Of a stretch of 64,000 nt of DNA, positions 1-10,426 are shown piece by piece. Below the pieces are notes generated by a model. That model was not told the DNA's origin, made no database searches, and worked only from the letters and a program-made list of their open reading frames with translations. This DNA comes from Candidatus Latescibacterota bacterium (GTDB taxonomy: Bacteria; Latescibacterota; UBA2968; UBA8231). The stretch covers positions 2,656,001-2,720,000 of the forward strand of contig OY730476.1 of the NCBI GenBank assembly GCA_963422735.1, in the 5' to 3' direction. The position numbers were made by a program, and so were the translations under genes. Each line of letters begins with the position of its first letter. Position 1 is the first letter of the stretch.

Positions 1-2
1 GC

Positions 3-272
3 TGCTCGACGATCTTGTTCAAGGTGCGCGAGCGCAAAGAGGAAGCGGCCGAAGCCCTCAAGCTCACGGCTAAAGACCTGAAGCAGCAGGGGATCATCGA
101 CCGCATCGTGCCCGAGCCGTTGGGCGGTGCGCACCACAATTGGGAGGATGCGGCCAAGGTCCTCAAACGCTATGTGCAAGATGCCCTAGCCGAACTCCAG
201 CGACTCAATCCAGAGGCGCTAGTGGCCCAGCGGCTAGACAAGTTCGCGGCGATGGCGCGCTTTGAGGAATAG
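3..272 (+). CDS. accA: Acetyl-CoA carboxylase carboxyltransferase subunit alpha, C-terminal part (runs off window start)
   Basis: Translation CSTILFK..EEAAEALKLTAKDL..GIIDRIVPEPLGGAH matches the AccA C-terminus. Confidence 0.92.
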   Translation, partial: CSTILFKVRERKEEAAEALKLTAKDLKQQGIIDRIVPEPLGGAHHNWEDAAKVLKRYVQDALAELQRLNPEALVAQRLDKFAAMARFEE

Positions 273-335
273 GGGGGTGCCCTGAGAGGCTGCGACTGAG
301 CTGCGCTCAGCATGGCACCGGCAAGCGGAACGCCC

Positions 336-1475
336 TCAATTGACAGCGCCGGCGCGCACTTCTTTTCGCCACCTCTCAAGCGGGTGTTCGCGTGGCGTTA
401 GCGGCATGTACACCCGCGCCCTGCGCCGATGAGATTCCCACGTCGCCTGAATCATTTCAAGACAATCCCGACCGTCCCTGCCGCTGGCAAACGGATCCCG
501 GTCTTCCTCAATGGCTGCGATGAGGTCGCGCAGCATGAGGCGTTGCAAGAACAACCGTATGGATCCCCTATCGCGTGGATTGCCTCGCTCGTCGAGGTCT
601 TCGGCTGGCAGATGCACCGGTTCCCACGCCTCTGCCGGCGTCTTGTGTTGTCCCTTGTGGATGAACATCGTCGTGCCAACGCTCTCCCGCACGGCGATGC
701 GCCCTTCGGTGCCGATAATGTCAATGCCGTAGCCGTTGTCGTTGGTCTGCGGCTGGGCGAGGAACTGCACATCCGCATGGATGCCGTTGGCAAAGCGAAA
801 CGAGGCGTGTCCACGCTCGCCGAGCACAATCCCCGCATCCCGGTCGTGCGGGTGCACCTCTTGGGTATGTTTGATGTCGTCAACGGTTGACTCGCGTCCA
901 TCCATCTGCACGAGGTGCGCGTGCGTCCACTCAATATCGCCGCCGAAGAGACGCACCCAATCGCAGAGATGGGTCCCCATCTCCATCAGCGAGTTGCCTA
1001 CCTTCCGGCCCCCTTTGTCCGTTGCCTGCAGCAGCACCACTTGGCCGATTGCGCCTTGGCCAATCAGCGAGAGAGCATGGCGATTGTACGGGCTAGCGCG
1101 TTTGATATGGTTAATGGCAAACTTGACGCGGTGCTGGTCGCAGGTTGCAACCATCTCGTCGGCTTCGATGAGATTCAGGGCAATCGGCTTTTCACAAAAG
1201 ACGTGGATGCCTCGCTTGGCCGCCGCAATCGTTGGCCGGTGGTGCATCGGAGCTTGCGTTGGGACGATAACAATGTCGGGTTGTCGTTCATTGAGCATCT
1301 TCTCGTAGTCGTCATAGATGGCTTTGACGCCAAAGCGCGCGCTCCATGCTGCCGCCCTCTGCGGGTCGATTTCTGCCCCGGCGACCAGTTCGCAGTTTGC
1401 CTCTAACTGCACGGCCTCGGCATGGTGCCTGCCCATGCCGCCGAGGCCAATAATCGCAATGCGGTAGTTTTTCAT
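336..1475 (-). CDS. Gfo/Idh/MocA family NAD(P)-dependent oxidoreductase
   Basis: N-terminal IAIIGLGGMG Rossmann motif, HVFCEKP motif, MGTH; start placed at MKNYR (1475). Confidence 0.9.
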   Translation of the reverse strand: MKNYRIAIIGLGGMGRHHAEAVQLEANCELVAGAEIDPQRAAAWSARFGVKAIYDDYEKMLNERQPDIVIVPTQAPMHHRPTIAAAKRGIHVFCEKPIALNLIEADEMVATCDQHRVKFAINHIKRASPYNRHALSLIGQGAIGQVVLLQATDKGGRKVGNSLMEMGTHLCDWVRLFGGDIEWTHAHLVQMDGRESTVDDIKHTQEVHPHDRDAGIVLGERGHASFRFANGIHADVQFLAQPQTNDNGYGIDIIGTEGRIAVRESVGTTMFIHKGQHKTPAEAWEPVHLPAEDLDERGNPRDRGSIRLFLQRLMLRDLIAAIEEDRDPFASGRDGRDCLEMIQATWESHRRRARVYMPLTPREHPLERWRKEVRAGAVN

Positions 1476-1675
1476 AGATGCCTCCCAAGTTGACCAAAAA
1501 GAAGCGTACTTGCCGCTCCCTTGCACCAATGTGGAGATAATAGATCAGCAATGGATCGGTGCTGGTCCGGTATGACGAGGAAGAATCCAGGGGCTGCGTT
1601 GGGATTGGCCAAAACCGTTTGCGCCTACGAGGGCCAATTTCCACGGCCTCATAGGCGCAAACGTTCTGTTTTGGA

Positions 1676-2506
1676 TCAGGTGCGCCGCAAGCGGTCGAAG
1701 AGCCGCTCTAAGCGGTCGAAGGCGAGGCGGATCATGTCTTCGTCCCAGTCGCCGTCAATTTTGATCTGGACCATGGACTGGAGAGTCTCTAGATAGGCTC
1801 GCTGCGTCTCGGTCAGGGGGCGTTCTTGTCCCTCCTGTCGCACTTGGCGTTCGGAGCTAACGCGCTTGGCGCGCCCGTCGCGCCCGGAACGCTCCTTGGG
1901 GGCAGGCTCAGGTTCTCGGACGCTGCGAGCCTCTTGGGGCGCGGGTTCGGGGGATGCGGGGCGTTCATCTTTGAGGGCGGGTTCAGCAGTCGCCGCTTCC
2001 TTTTGCGGCTCGGAGGGGTCGCCAAAGTTGGCTTCGGCAATGAGGTGTTTGAAAAACATCTTCATCTTATTGGCCGAATCGCGCCCCATGCCAGTGCGGG
2101 TGCGGAAGTAATCGACAATCGCGTCGTCGCTCATGTCGCCGTTGCTCTGCTCCCACTCTAACAGCAGCTCTTTGTAGAGGTCGCGGACCACTTCGGCGAT
2201 CGCGAATTTACGCGTCTCCTTTGAGACTATCCGCAAGAGCAAGTCCGTGGGCTTTTGGTTGCGGTCGGTCAGATTCATGGATTCGATGCCGCGCAAAAAG
2301 CGGTGAATCATCGACGGGGTGCGAATAATAGGCCGCACGTAGTCACGGTCGACTTGGTCGGGGATCTTGCTCTCCAGCCGCGAGAGAAACCGCTCGAACT
2401 GAACCTTGGTGATGTAGGGAAACCAAGCCCGGTCCTGCCGGCCGCCGTTTTCCTCCCGTCCTTCTTCCACTGCCGTCTCAGCGGCGTCTTGGCGTCCTTC
2501 TTCCAT
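1676..2506 (-). CDS. Hypothetical protein, DUF5343-like N-terminal domain, low-complexity linker and short helical C-terminal domain
   Basis: PYIT..FERFL..L...IPDQVDRDY..KPTDLL..LY pattern recalls DUF5343; GGAG RBS precedes ATG at 2506. Confidence 0.55.
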   Translation of the reverse strand: MEEGRQDAAETAVEEGREENGGRQDRAWFPYITKVQFERFLSRLESKIPDQVDRDYVRPIIRTPSMIHRFLRGIESMNLTDRNQKPTDLLLRIVSKETRKFAIAEVVRDLYKELLLEWEQSNGDMSDDAIVDYFRTRTGMGRDSANKMKMFFKHLIAEANFGDPSEPQKEAATAEPALKDERPASPEPAPQEARSVREPEPAPKERSGRDGRAKRVSSERQVRQEGQERPLTETQRAYLETLQSMVQIKIDGDWDEDMIRLAFDRLERLFDRLRRT

Positions 2507-2544
2507 TGTAATCTCCATTCGATAGATTGATATGCCTCTGGGCG

Positions 2545-2904
2545 TTAGGGCTGCGGGGCAAATTCGGCCGTCAAAACGGCGGAGATGCCACCGCGTACAT
2601 TGAATTCTCCCACCACAGTCATGCGCCGCGGCGCGCAGGCAGCCACCAAATCGTCGAGAATGGTGTTGGTGACCGCTTCGTAGTAAGCACCTTCTTGGCG
2701 AAAGGACCACAGATAGAGCTTGAGCGATTTGAGCTCAATGCACTGCTGGTCGGGCACGTAGCGGATGTGGATGGTGCCGAAATCAGGTTGCCCGGTTACG
2801 GGACATATCGAAGTGAACTCCGGACACGCTAGCTCGATTGTGTAGTCGCGGTCCGGATGAGGATTGGCAAAAACCACTAGGTTTTTGCTCGGCTCGGTAG
2901 CCAT
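2545..2904 (-). CDS. queF: NADPH-dependent 7-cyano-7-deazaguanine (preQ0) reductase, unimodular type
   Basis: [15 protein letters not shown] catalytic motif, ELKSLKLY QueF motif, FNVRGGI. Confidence 0.95.
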   Translation of the reverse strand: MATEPSKNLVVFANPHPDRDYTIELACPEFTSICPVTGQPDFGTIHIRYVPDQQCIELKSLKLYLWSFRQEGAYYEAVTNTILDDLVAACAPRRMTVVGEFNVRGGISAVLTAEFAPQP

Positions 2905-3077
2905 AAAAATTTCGTCTCCTAACAGCCTCATGCATGTAAAGATAAGGCCAAACGGGTGCTTTGGCTATGCCGCGACAAAGCACCCAATGACGTTCGCGGT
3001 AATGCACGAGACGATCTCGTCCACGAGAATCGAGGCGGGATACGCGATGGAGCCAACGAAAAAAACCGCGGTGCCGC

Positions 3078-3560
3078 TCAAGGCGCACTCGCCTGCTCGC
3101 AGGCCAACTCGAACACCCTGTCGGTCATCCAGCACTTGAAACCCTCGTTGTCCATGAACTGCTTGAAGATCTCGGTGTCGTCCTTCACGATGTTCGTCAT
3201 GACCCGCAGCAGCACCTTGTAGTACTCGATGCGGGAGTTGGCGGCGTCCGAGTTTTGCCGCGCATTCTTGAAGGCAGCGTCCGCGGCCACCCGGGACGGG
3301 ATGGTCTTGGTGCGGTCGGTATCCTCCTAGTCGATGTCTCCGAACAGATCGTTGAACGCCCTGAGGATGCTCGAGAGCCGGTCCAGCTCTGGTTCCGGCA
3401 CGTGCCCCCCGCCGCTGGTCGGCACCGGGGGTCTCATCGGGCAGCATGATGTTCAGCATCGCCTGCTTCTCCACCCGGTAGCTATCCATGTCGATGGCGT
3501 CAGGTACTTCTCCTACGGGGCTGGCAGCTTCGAGATCGGGAAGTTCAGGAAGATTGGCCG
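3078..3560 (-). pseudogene. hsdR: Remnant of type I restriction endonuclease R subunit (C-terminal ~150 aa)
   Basis: Across frames reads IFLNFPISKLPAP*..AIDMDSYRVEKQ..PVPTSGGGHVPEPELDRLSSILRAFNDLFGDID*EDTD..KQFMDNEGFKCWMTDRVFEL; in-frame stops and frameshifts. Confidence 0.75.
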
Positions 3561-3775
3561 TTTTAGGCGAGATAGACCGCTTCGGACCAAGGCGTTGGCC
3601 TATCTCGATCCCGGCGTATGCTGCTTAGTCGCCGATGGCGCATTCATCAGCCGAGACGGGGGGCCTTTCTGCTGGAGCAACCCCTCGACTGTGTGATTGG
3701 CCTGCGAGACCCGATGGTCGCTTTCACCCCGCGCAGGCTCCGAGACCCTATCCGCTTCTATCCTAAGACGGTCCT

Positions 3776-4000
3776 TTAGGACGGCTGGACGCGGGCTCGG
3801 GTCTGTCCTCGCCCCGCCGAGGGCGAAGCCCGCCTGCTAAGCACCAACCCAACCAACCGCAAGCAGGGACTTAGGAAGATGACAACGCCTTGGTATTTCT
3901 TGATATAAACATCGTCTCCGGTGAAACGAAACTCCTTCGACAGCCTCATTGCTTGGCTGCGGCCGTTGTTGAACAGCTTCGCTGGGACCTCCTGCGGCAT
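3776..4000 (-). pseudogene. vapB: VapB/AbrB-type antitoxin with intact DNA-binding N-terminus, divergent C-terminus and no toxin gene
   Basis: AKLFNNGRSQAMRLSKEFRFTGDDVYIKK is the VapB (SpoVT/AbrB) signature. Confidence 0.75.
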
Positions 4001-4022
4001 GATATATACCAGAGTATATATC
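4001..4022. promoter_or_regulatory. Palindromic autoregulatory operator of the vapB-like gene
   Basis: GATATATAC-CAGA-GTATATATC, perfect 9-bp inverted repeat abutting the start codon. Confidence 0.65.
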
Positions 4023-4079
4023 GGGCTATAGCTAATCAATAACCGCTCGTGCTCGTCGCCTCTGTAACGCTATGAGCCG

Positions 4080-4997
4080 TCATGGTCGTGGCAGGACGAC
4101 AAATCCTACCGAATCCACCGACGCTGAACCAAACAGCCCGATGCCCCCTTCTACCTGAAAGAACGGCCGCTCGAAATTTTCTCCGACCAGCCCTCCAAAG
4201 CCCCCCTGTTCCTGCAGGTCGGGGCTGGAGCGGGCGTACTCAAACCAGTTGTGGTCGAGCGCGTACACCTTCATCAGAGAACGCCCGGTAAAAACCACCG
4301 CGAACCACGGCCAGCGCAAGATTCCATCACTAGCGACGAAGGGCGGCGATTGGTTGGCCCGCAGTCCATCCAAGTCCTCGTCGAAAAAATCCTCTAAATC
4401 TTCGTCGAGCAACTGCGCGTTTTCTTCCAAAGCGAAGAGTGCTGCTTGGTATGCCTCCCCTGCCTTTCCCAAATGGAGCTCGATCAGACCCTCCAGATGA
4501 GTAATCTGATTCTCCGGTGCCGTGTAAACCTCGTCCCCAACCTCGGCAAAGGACTTGAGGGTCTGCACGATCTCTTGAGTATCTTCGTCAACCAGCATCG
4601 CCTCCCGCACCTGCACTCGCTCTGGCGTGGTGGTGCTCGCCCGCACCCTCTTTCCCTCGATGTCCACTTCCAGCCGGTACTCGGTCAGGGACTCCACCTG
4701 GGGTGCCTCTGGCGGTGGCAGATAGCGGCCGGGTATAGCCGGGTCGGGTGCGTACTCAAAGACTTGGTCCCCTTGGACGATACGCACTCGGGCGTCGTTT
4801 ACTACCGCTGCTTCCCGGTGGTAGGCTTGGCCGGGAGGCAGGGTGCGCCACACGAACAATTCGGGTAGAGTCTGATCGACCAGTAGCAACCCATCCACCA
4901 CCAACTCGCTGTCTTCTTCTACTGAGCCGAAGAGATCGCCTGGCTGGCGCTCGGCAGCGCAGGCCGTCAGGCACAGGACCATAAAAATGTAGCGCAC
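4080..4997 (-). CDS. DUF4249-like lipoprotein, partner of the TonB-dependent receptor
   Basis: Lipobox-like LTAC; ELVVDGLL start and VEGGIGLFGSASVDS end typical of DUF4249; directly downstream of the receptor. Confidence 0.75.
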   Translation of the reverse strand: MRYIFMVLCLTACAAERQPGDLFGSVEEDSELVVDGLLLVDQTLPELFVWRTLPPGQAYHREAAVVNDARVRIVQGDQVFEYAPDPAIPGRYLPPPEAPQVESLTEYRLEVDIEGKRVRASTTTPERVQVREAMLVDEDTQEIVQTLKSFAEVGDEVYTAPENQITHLEGLIELHLGKAGEAYQAALFALEENAQLLDEDLEDFFDEDLDGLRANQSPPFVASDGILRWPWFAVVFTGRSLMKVYALDHNWFEYARSSPDLQEQGGFGGLVGENFERPFFQVEGGIGLFGSASVDSVGFVVLPRP

Positions 4998-5007
4998 GAC
5001 TTTCTCC

Positions 5008-7248
5008 TTAAAACGAAAAATTGAAGCCCAGCGTGGGTATGATGGGCAATTGCTTGATCACCGTCGGTCTGGTCTCGGGATTGTTGAGATTGTACTGCAC
5101 AAACCACTCGTTGCGGCGGCTGTAGAGGTTGAAAATTTGCAAGTAGAACTCGACGTCGAGGCCCCACAGCCCAAACTCGCGGCGGGCACTGGCATCAAGG
5201 CGGTGGTAGGGCAACAGGCGGGCGCTGTTGCGCCGGGCCGGCAGCACGTAGTCTTGAACCATCCCGGTGGTCGGCTCGCGCAGCGAATAGCGGGCCGAGG
5301 CTGGGGTAAAAGCCTGCCCGGTGGCGTACACGAGATTCGAGCCAAGGCGCCATTTTCCCAAGTTGTACGAAACCACGAAAGACAGGTCGTGGCGGCGGTC
5401 GTACTTGGGGGGAAAGGCGCGTCCGCCGTTCAGTTCGGGGAAGGTGCGCCGCGTCCAGCCCAGCGTATAGCCCACCCAGCCGGTGAGTGCCCCGGTGCGC
5501 CGCTGCAAAAAGACCTCGACCCCGCTGGCCCAGCCGCTGCCCCCGCTTTTTAATATGTCATCCGAGCGCGTGTCGTCGCTATCTACCGCCACCGCGGTAT
5601 CCAGCACCACCAGATTGGCCAAGTCGGTGTAATACGCCTCCACTGAAAGTTGGTAGCGCCGCGACGGGGTCCACTCGGTACCCACCACCCCTTGGTACGA
5701 GCGGCCCGGCTCGACGCTGCTGTCCAGCGGCACCCAGAAATCGCCGCCGCTAAAGGCTTCGGTGGTGATCAATTGCAGGTACTGGCGGTACATCCCCGCG
5801 GCGGTCTTGACGCGGATTTTTTCGCTGAGGGCGTGGCTCAGGGACAGCCTCGGCGTGAAGTGCAAGCGATCCCCGACGCTGAAATAGGTGCTCCGTCCCC
5901 CAAGTCGCAGCCGCGTGGTCGGCCCGGCTTGCCACTCGTCCTGCACGTAGGCCGAGGCCAGCACCGACTTCTGGTGCAAGTTGGACTGCTCCTGTTGGTT
6001 GAAGGACTCGGAATAGTCGAACTCGAATAGGGTGGTTAGGAAGCCGAGAGTGAGGGTGTGGTCGCGGTTGGCAAAGTAATCCACATCGCCCTTGAGCGAC
6101 CAATCGCGGATGCTGTTGGAAAAGCTGAAAGGCGTATCGAAGAAACTAAACAAGAGGGCGTTTTCGTACGACGAGCCGGCGGCCATGAAGTGACCAAACA
6201 GGGTCGGCGAGAACACCCGCGTCCAGCGCGCTGTCAGGGCGCGGTTGCCCCAGCGCAGATCGGCGAAAGACTCATTCTCCTCTTCTATGTCCACCCGCAG
6301 ATCGTCTTGGCCCCAGTACGTGCTCACCGCAAAGGTGTCGTCGCCCCACCGCTGGTTGACTTTGCCGTTGAAATCGTAGAAGTAATAGTTTAACGGGATG
6401 TCCACCCCGCGAGAGCGGATGGCGCTGAACACGGGTTCGAGGTACGTGCGACGGCCGGCCATCATCCACGAGCCTTGCCCTACCGGCCCTTCGGCCAGCA
6501 AGCGGCTCGCGATCAGGCTGACGCCTCCTCGGCTGCTGAAGCGCTGTCGGTTGCCCTCGCGGTTGCTCACGTCGAGTACCGCCCCAAGCGTACGGCCGTA
6601 CGCAGCCGGGTAGGCCCCTTTGTATAGCTGGACATCCTTGATGGCGTCGGCGTTGAAGGTCGAGAAGAACCCGAAGAGGTGAGAGGGATTGTACAGGGGG
6701 ATGTGGTCGAGGAGGATGGCCGTTTGGTCGGGGCCACCACCGCGCACGTACAGGCCGCTGCTAATATCCGAAGCCGACTGGATGCCCGGCAGCAGTTGTA
6801 AGCTGCGGAGCAGATCGGCCTCGCCAATGGCCGGCATTTGCTGCAACGGCTCGACTTGCAGGGCGATAAAACTGCTCTGGGTGGCCTGCTCCAGCTCTTC
6901 GCGGCGCTCGGCTTGGATTACTATCTCCTCTAAGCTCACCGACTCGACTTGCAAGGCCACATCCAAGCGCACGTTTCTACCGCTAAACGCTAGGGTGTCG
7001 CGCCAACTTTTGTAGCCCACATGCGAAATCACCACCTCGTAGGTCCCTGCTGGTACTTCTTTGACGGCGTAGTAGCCGCTGCTATTGCTCATCGCGCCCA
7101 ACTCCTGCGTTAGGACAATGGAGGCCAAAGGCAGAGATTCGCCGTTGTCGCCGTCGGTAATAAAGCCGCTCAGGGTAGCCCCCGGGGTCTGGGCCGCCAA
7201 GGGTATGGCCATCAATAGAGCCACCAGCCAATACCTAATAATTTCCAT
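5008..7248 (-). CDS. TonB-dependent receptor with N-terminal carboxypeptidase-regulatory-like domain
   Basis: Signal peptide, TLSGFITD..GESL, plug motif GLYVRGGGPDQ, KGAYPAAYG, terminal GFNFSF. Confidence 0.92.
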   Translation of the reverse strand: MEIIRYWLVALLMAIPLAAQTPGATLSGFITDGDNGESLPLASIVLTQELGAMSNSSGYYAVKEVPAGTYEVVISHVGYKSWRDTLAFSGRNVRLDVALQVESVSLEEIVIQAERREELEQATQSSFIALQVEPLQQMPAIGEADLLRSLQLLPGIQSASDISSGLYVRGGGPDQTAILLDHIPLYNPSHLFGFFSTFNADAIKDVQLYKGAYPAAYGRTLGAVLDVSNREGNRQRFSSRGGVSLIASRLLAEGPVGQGSWMMAGRRTYLEPVFSAIRSRGVDIPLNYYFYDFNGKVNQRWGDDTFAVSTYWGQDDLRVDIEEENESFADLRWGNRALTARWTRVFSPTLFGHFMAAGSSYENALLFSFFDTPFSFSNSIRDWSLKGDVDYFANRDHTLTLGFLTTLFEFDYSESFNQQEQSNLHQKSVLASAYVQDEWQAGPTTRLRLGGRSTYFSVGDRLHFTPRLSLSHALSEKIRVKTAAGMYRQYLQLITTEAFSGGDFWVPLDSSVEPGRSYQGVVGTEWTPSRRYQLSVEAYYTDLANLVVLDTAVAVDSDDTRSDDILKSGGSGWASGVEVFLQRRTGALTGWVGYTLGWTRRTFPELNGGRAFPPKYDRRHDLSFVVSYNLGKWRLGSNLVYATGQAFTPASARYSLREPTTGMVQDYVLPARRNSARLLPYHRLDASARREFGLWGLDVEFYLQIFNLYSRRNEWFVQYNLNNPETRPTVIKQLPIIPTLGFNFSF

Positions 7249-7292
7249 TTTCTTTCCTTTTATAACGCTAATGCGATACTCACCTCTTCCTT

Positions 7293-8348
7293 TTAACCCC
7301 CTAAACTCGCCCTGCCGCTACTCCTCCGTTTAAAACGATAGTGCGACACCCACCACTCCTGCCCGCCATTGTAGCCCCACAATTCGGCGCAAGCCATAAA
7401 GAACATACGCCAGCGCTGCAACCAACACCGCTTTGCAGCTGCTCCGTACTGGCGTTCCAAAATGGCGAGGGCCTCTGAGTGCTGGACGTCGAGATTGGCC
7501 AGCCAATGCTCGGCCGTGCGGGCGTAATGCCGGCCATCAATGCGCCACTGGGCCTCTAAGACTAGATCATCCTGAAAGTAGTGCAGCAGATCGTCGGAAG
7601 GCATAATGCCGCCGGTGAAAAAGTAGTGCCCCATCCAGTTTTTCTCGCCCTCGGCTGCAAAGGAGTACGCGTAGAGTCGATGGACGAAAATGTGGATGAA
7701 TAGCGAGCCAGCCGGTTTGAGCCAGTCGGCGATGCGCCGCATTAACTCTCGGTAATTGCGCATGTGCTCGAACATCTCCACCGATACCACCCGATCGTAG
7801 CGTCTCGGTGCCGAGAACCGATTCATATCCGCGGTGATCACCTCGACGTTGTCTAGCCCCAAGGCTTTGCAGCGCCCTTTGATAAAGTCGCACTGCAACG
7901 TTGAATTGGACACGGCGGCAATGCGGCTGCCGGGATAATGCTGCGCCATCCACAAGGTCAGCGAGCCCCAGCCGCAGCCCAATTCCAGCACTTCTTGACC
8001 GTCTTGCAGACCGGCGCGTTGACAGGTCAGTTCCAGCATGGCGGCTTCGGCTTGGTCCAGACTGGCCGTCTTTGCAGGGAAGTAACAGCTACTGTACTTG
8101 AGGTGGCGGCCCAAGATCAGTTGGAAAAACTCGGGTGGTAGCTCGTAGTGCTGCTCGTTGGCACTCTGCGTATGCAGGGCGATGGGTGCCCGATCCATGG
8201 AGGCGATGAAGCGGCATTTGGCCGCCTGCTCGGCTTCGCAGTCGGAGCCTCGTTCTTGCCGCAAGCGCCCGCGATTGAGGCGGCGGATGCCCCAGCGGAT
8301 GAGAACATCAGGCAACAGGCCCCGCTCGGCCCACTCGATTGCGTTCAA
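7293..8348 (-). CDS. SAM-dependent methyltransferase, cyclopropane-fatty-acid synthase/CNMT-like
   Basis: [34 protein letters not shown]; TTG start overlapping the upstream TGA. Confidence 0.9.
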   Translation of the reverse strand: MNAIEWAERGLLPDVLIRWGIRRLNRGRLRQERGSDCEAEQAAKCRFIASMDRAPIALHTQSANEQHYELPPEFFQLILGRHLKYSSCYFPAKTASLDQAEAAMLELTCQRAGLQDGQEVLELGCGWGSLTLWMAQHYPGSRIAAVSNSTLQCDFIKGRCKALGLDNVEVITADMNRFSAPRRYDRVVSVEMFEHMRNYRELMRRIADWLKPAGSLFIHIFVHRLYAYSFAAEGEKNWMGHYFFTGGIMPSDDLLHYFQDDLVLEAQWRIDGRHYARTAEHWLANLDVQHSEALAILERQYGAAAKRCWLQRWRMFFMACAELWGYNGGQEWWVSHYRFKRRSSGRASLGG

Positions 8349-9133
8349 GATCTTTCTCTGCGGGGGAACCACGGCATAAAGGGACTGGTGGTGCGCTGGT
8401 AGCGGCGGTAGTTCTCGCCTCGGCTGACCAGTGCCCGCTTTTCCGTGTAGGGAATGCCGGTCACTCGGTATAGCAGAAACAACATCAGCACCGGCCCGAT
8501 CCAAGCCAACCACCCAATCGCAGACCCGACCGCCATGAACACATAAGCCCACCAGTGGATCCATTCAAAAAAGTAGTTGGGATGGCGCGAATAGCCCCAC
8601 AGGCCGCGGTCGCAGGTGCGTCCTTGATTGGTGGCTTGGCCGCGGAAGGCGGCCAATTGGCGGTCAGCCACCCACTCGCCCGTCACGGCCATTGACCACA
8701 CCAGCAGGCCGACCACATCCCAAGCGGTCCATCCCACATCTGCTTTGGCTGCCACGGCGACAAAAGGCAAACCAAATAAAACCACAAGTAAGGCTTGCGC
8801 TTGGAATAAATAGAAAAAGCGCCGCTGGGCCTTGGTACCCCATTGGGCCCGTAGCATCCGGTAGCGGCCGTCTTCTTCCGCGGCCCTTACTAGCCGATCA
8901 ATCACCAAGTAAGCGGTAAGGCGAAAGGACCACACCACGCCCATCATACCAAGCAAAAACCGCCGCTGCTCCCAGCCGGCACCGCTGTAGGCAGCGGCCA
9001 CGGCCACCAGCCCAATGCCGGCGGCCCAGCCCACATCAACGACGCCGGCGTCGCCCCGGCGCTGCTGCAGCCAATACAACGCGGCCATGGTCGCCATGGC
9101 CACCGGCAGACTATAGGCCAATACGTTTAACAC
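8345..9133 (-). CDS. DUF1295 family membrane protein (steroid 5-alpha-reductase-like)
   Basis: [42 protein letters not shown]. Confidence 0.9.
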   Translation of the reverse strand: MLNVLAYSLPVAMATMAALYWLQQRRGDAGVVDVGWAAGIGLVAVAAAYSGAGWEQRRFLLGMMGVVWSFRLTAYLVIDRLVRAAEEDGRYRMLRAQWGTKAQRRFFYLFQAQALLVVLFGLPFVAVAAKADVGWTAWDVVGLLVWSMAVTGEWVADRQLAAFRGQATNQGRTCDRGLWGYSRHPNYFFEWIHWWAYVFMAVGSAIGWLAWIGPVLMLFLLYRVTGIPYTEKRALVSRGENYRRYQRTTSPFMPWFPRRERS

Positions 9134-9139
9134 GGGGCC

Positions 9140-10426
9140 CTAAACTTGGCCGTGGAGAATCTCGGGCAACTGCGCCGAGCGCCGGTTGGCCGGCCGAGCC
9201 AAGAGCATTTGCACATCGGATATGTAGCGTTCTTCAAAGCCGCCGATGCAGTAAGAAAAATAAAAATCCCACATGCGAATGAATTCCTCGGTCAACCCTA
9301 GTTGGCGCACCTGTTCTTCCGCAGCCCCAAGACGCGCCCGCCAAGCCCGCAAGGTCCGAGCGTAGTGCGGACCAATATCCTCCAGATGCACCAAGCGCAT
9401 ATCCGTGGCCGCCGCCAACGAGTGACTGATGGCCGCCAACGACGGGATGCAACTGCCCGGAAAAATATACGCCTTGATGAAATCAACCGAGCGGCGCGCC
9501 CGCTCGTAGGCCCAATCGCCGATGACAATGGCCTGTAATAGCATCAGTCCCTCGGGCTTGAGCAGGCGGGAGCAACAGCCGAAATAGGTGTCGAAATAGT
9601 GGTGTCCCACGGCTTCGATCATTTCTATGGAGACCAGCTTGTCGTACTGTCCCTGTAAATCGCGATAGTCCGCTAACACGACCTCCACCCGCCCGTCCAA
9701 GCCGGCGGCGCGCACTCGTTGGCCAGCCAACTCGTACTGCTGCTGCGAAATGGTTGCCGTGGTCACCCGGCAGCCGTACTCGCAGGCTGCGTGTAGGGCG
9801 AAACCACCCCATCCCGTGCCGATCTCCAACAGGTGATCCTCGGGCACTAGAGCGAGCTTTTTGCAGATGCGGTCCACCTTGTAGCGGGAGGCCTCTTCCA
9901 GCGAACTGTCCGAGCGCGGAAATACGGCACTGGAATACATCATGTTGTCGTCGAGGAAGAGGCGGAAAAAGTCGTTGCTCAAATCGTAATGAGCGGCGAT
10001 GTTGCGCCGGCTACCCCGGAGCGTATTGCGGTTGAGGGCATGTCCCAACATGCGGGCCGGCGCGGCCAACCGGGCCCAACTCTGTTCGCGCTGCTGCATC
10101 CATTCCATATTGGCCACTGCCAAGCGGCACATAGCCGGCAGGTCGTCGCAACTCCACCACCCCTGCATGTAGGCTTCTGCCACGCCGACAGTCCCCCCTA
10201 GGGCCAAGGCGCGAAAGAAATGCGGATGGTGGACCTGCAAAACCACTTCGGGACCGTCTTCTCCCCGCCCGAAGGTGCGGCACTGTTCGCCCTCGACTAG
10301 GCAAATCGCACCGCGCTGCAAGTGCTGCAAGTGCCCCAACACCAATCGCCGAGCCCAGCGATCTGGCCAGCCGCCTAGGCCGATGGGACCTTTTTTAGCT
10401 AAGGGGGAGACAACCACTTGCGACAT
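9140..10426 (-). CDS. cfa: Cyclopropane-fatty-acyl-phospholipid synthase family methyltransferase (UfaM/Cfa-like)
   Basis: NIAAHYDLSNDFF..MMYSSA, LEIGTGWG, SIEMIEAVG, DFIKAYIFPG. Confidence 0.9.
   Translation of the reverse strand: MSQVVVSPLAKKGPIGLGGWPDRWARRLVLGHLQHLQRGAICLVEGEQCRTFGRGEDGPEVVLQVHHPHFFRALALGGTVGVAEAYMQGWWSCDDLPAMCRLAVANMEWMQQREQSWARLAAPARMLGHALNRNTLRGSRRNIAAHYDLSNDFFRLFLDDNMMYSSAVFPRSDSSLEEASRYKVDRICKKLALVPEDHLLEIGTGWGGFALHAACEYGCRVTTATISQQQYELAGQRVRAAGLDGRVEVVLADYRDLQGQYDKLVSIEMIEAVGHHYFDTYFGCCSRLLKPEGLMLLQAIVIGDWAYERARRSVDFIKAYIFPGSCIPSLAAISHSLAAATDMRLVHLEDIGPHYARTLRAWRARLGAAEEQVRQLGLTEEFIRMWDFYFSYCIGGFEERYISDVQMLLARPANRRSAQLPEILHGQV

Noticed and set aside
2905-3075. preQ1 riboswitch upstream of queF
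   Set aside because: No preQ1-I stem with A-rich tail is visible; only a generic GGGTGCTTTG/CAAAGCACCC hairpin.
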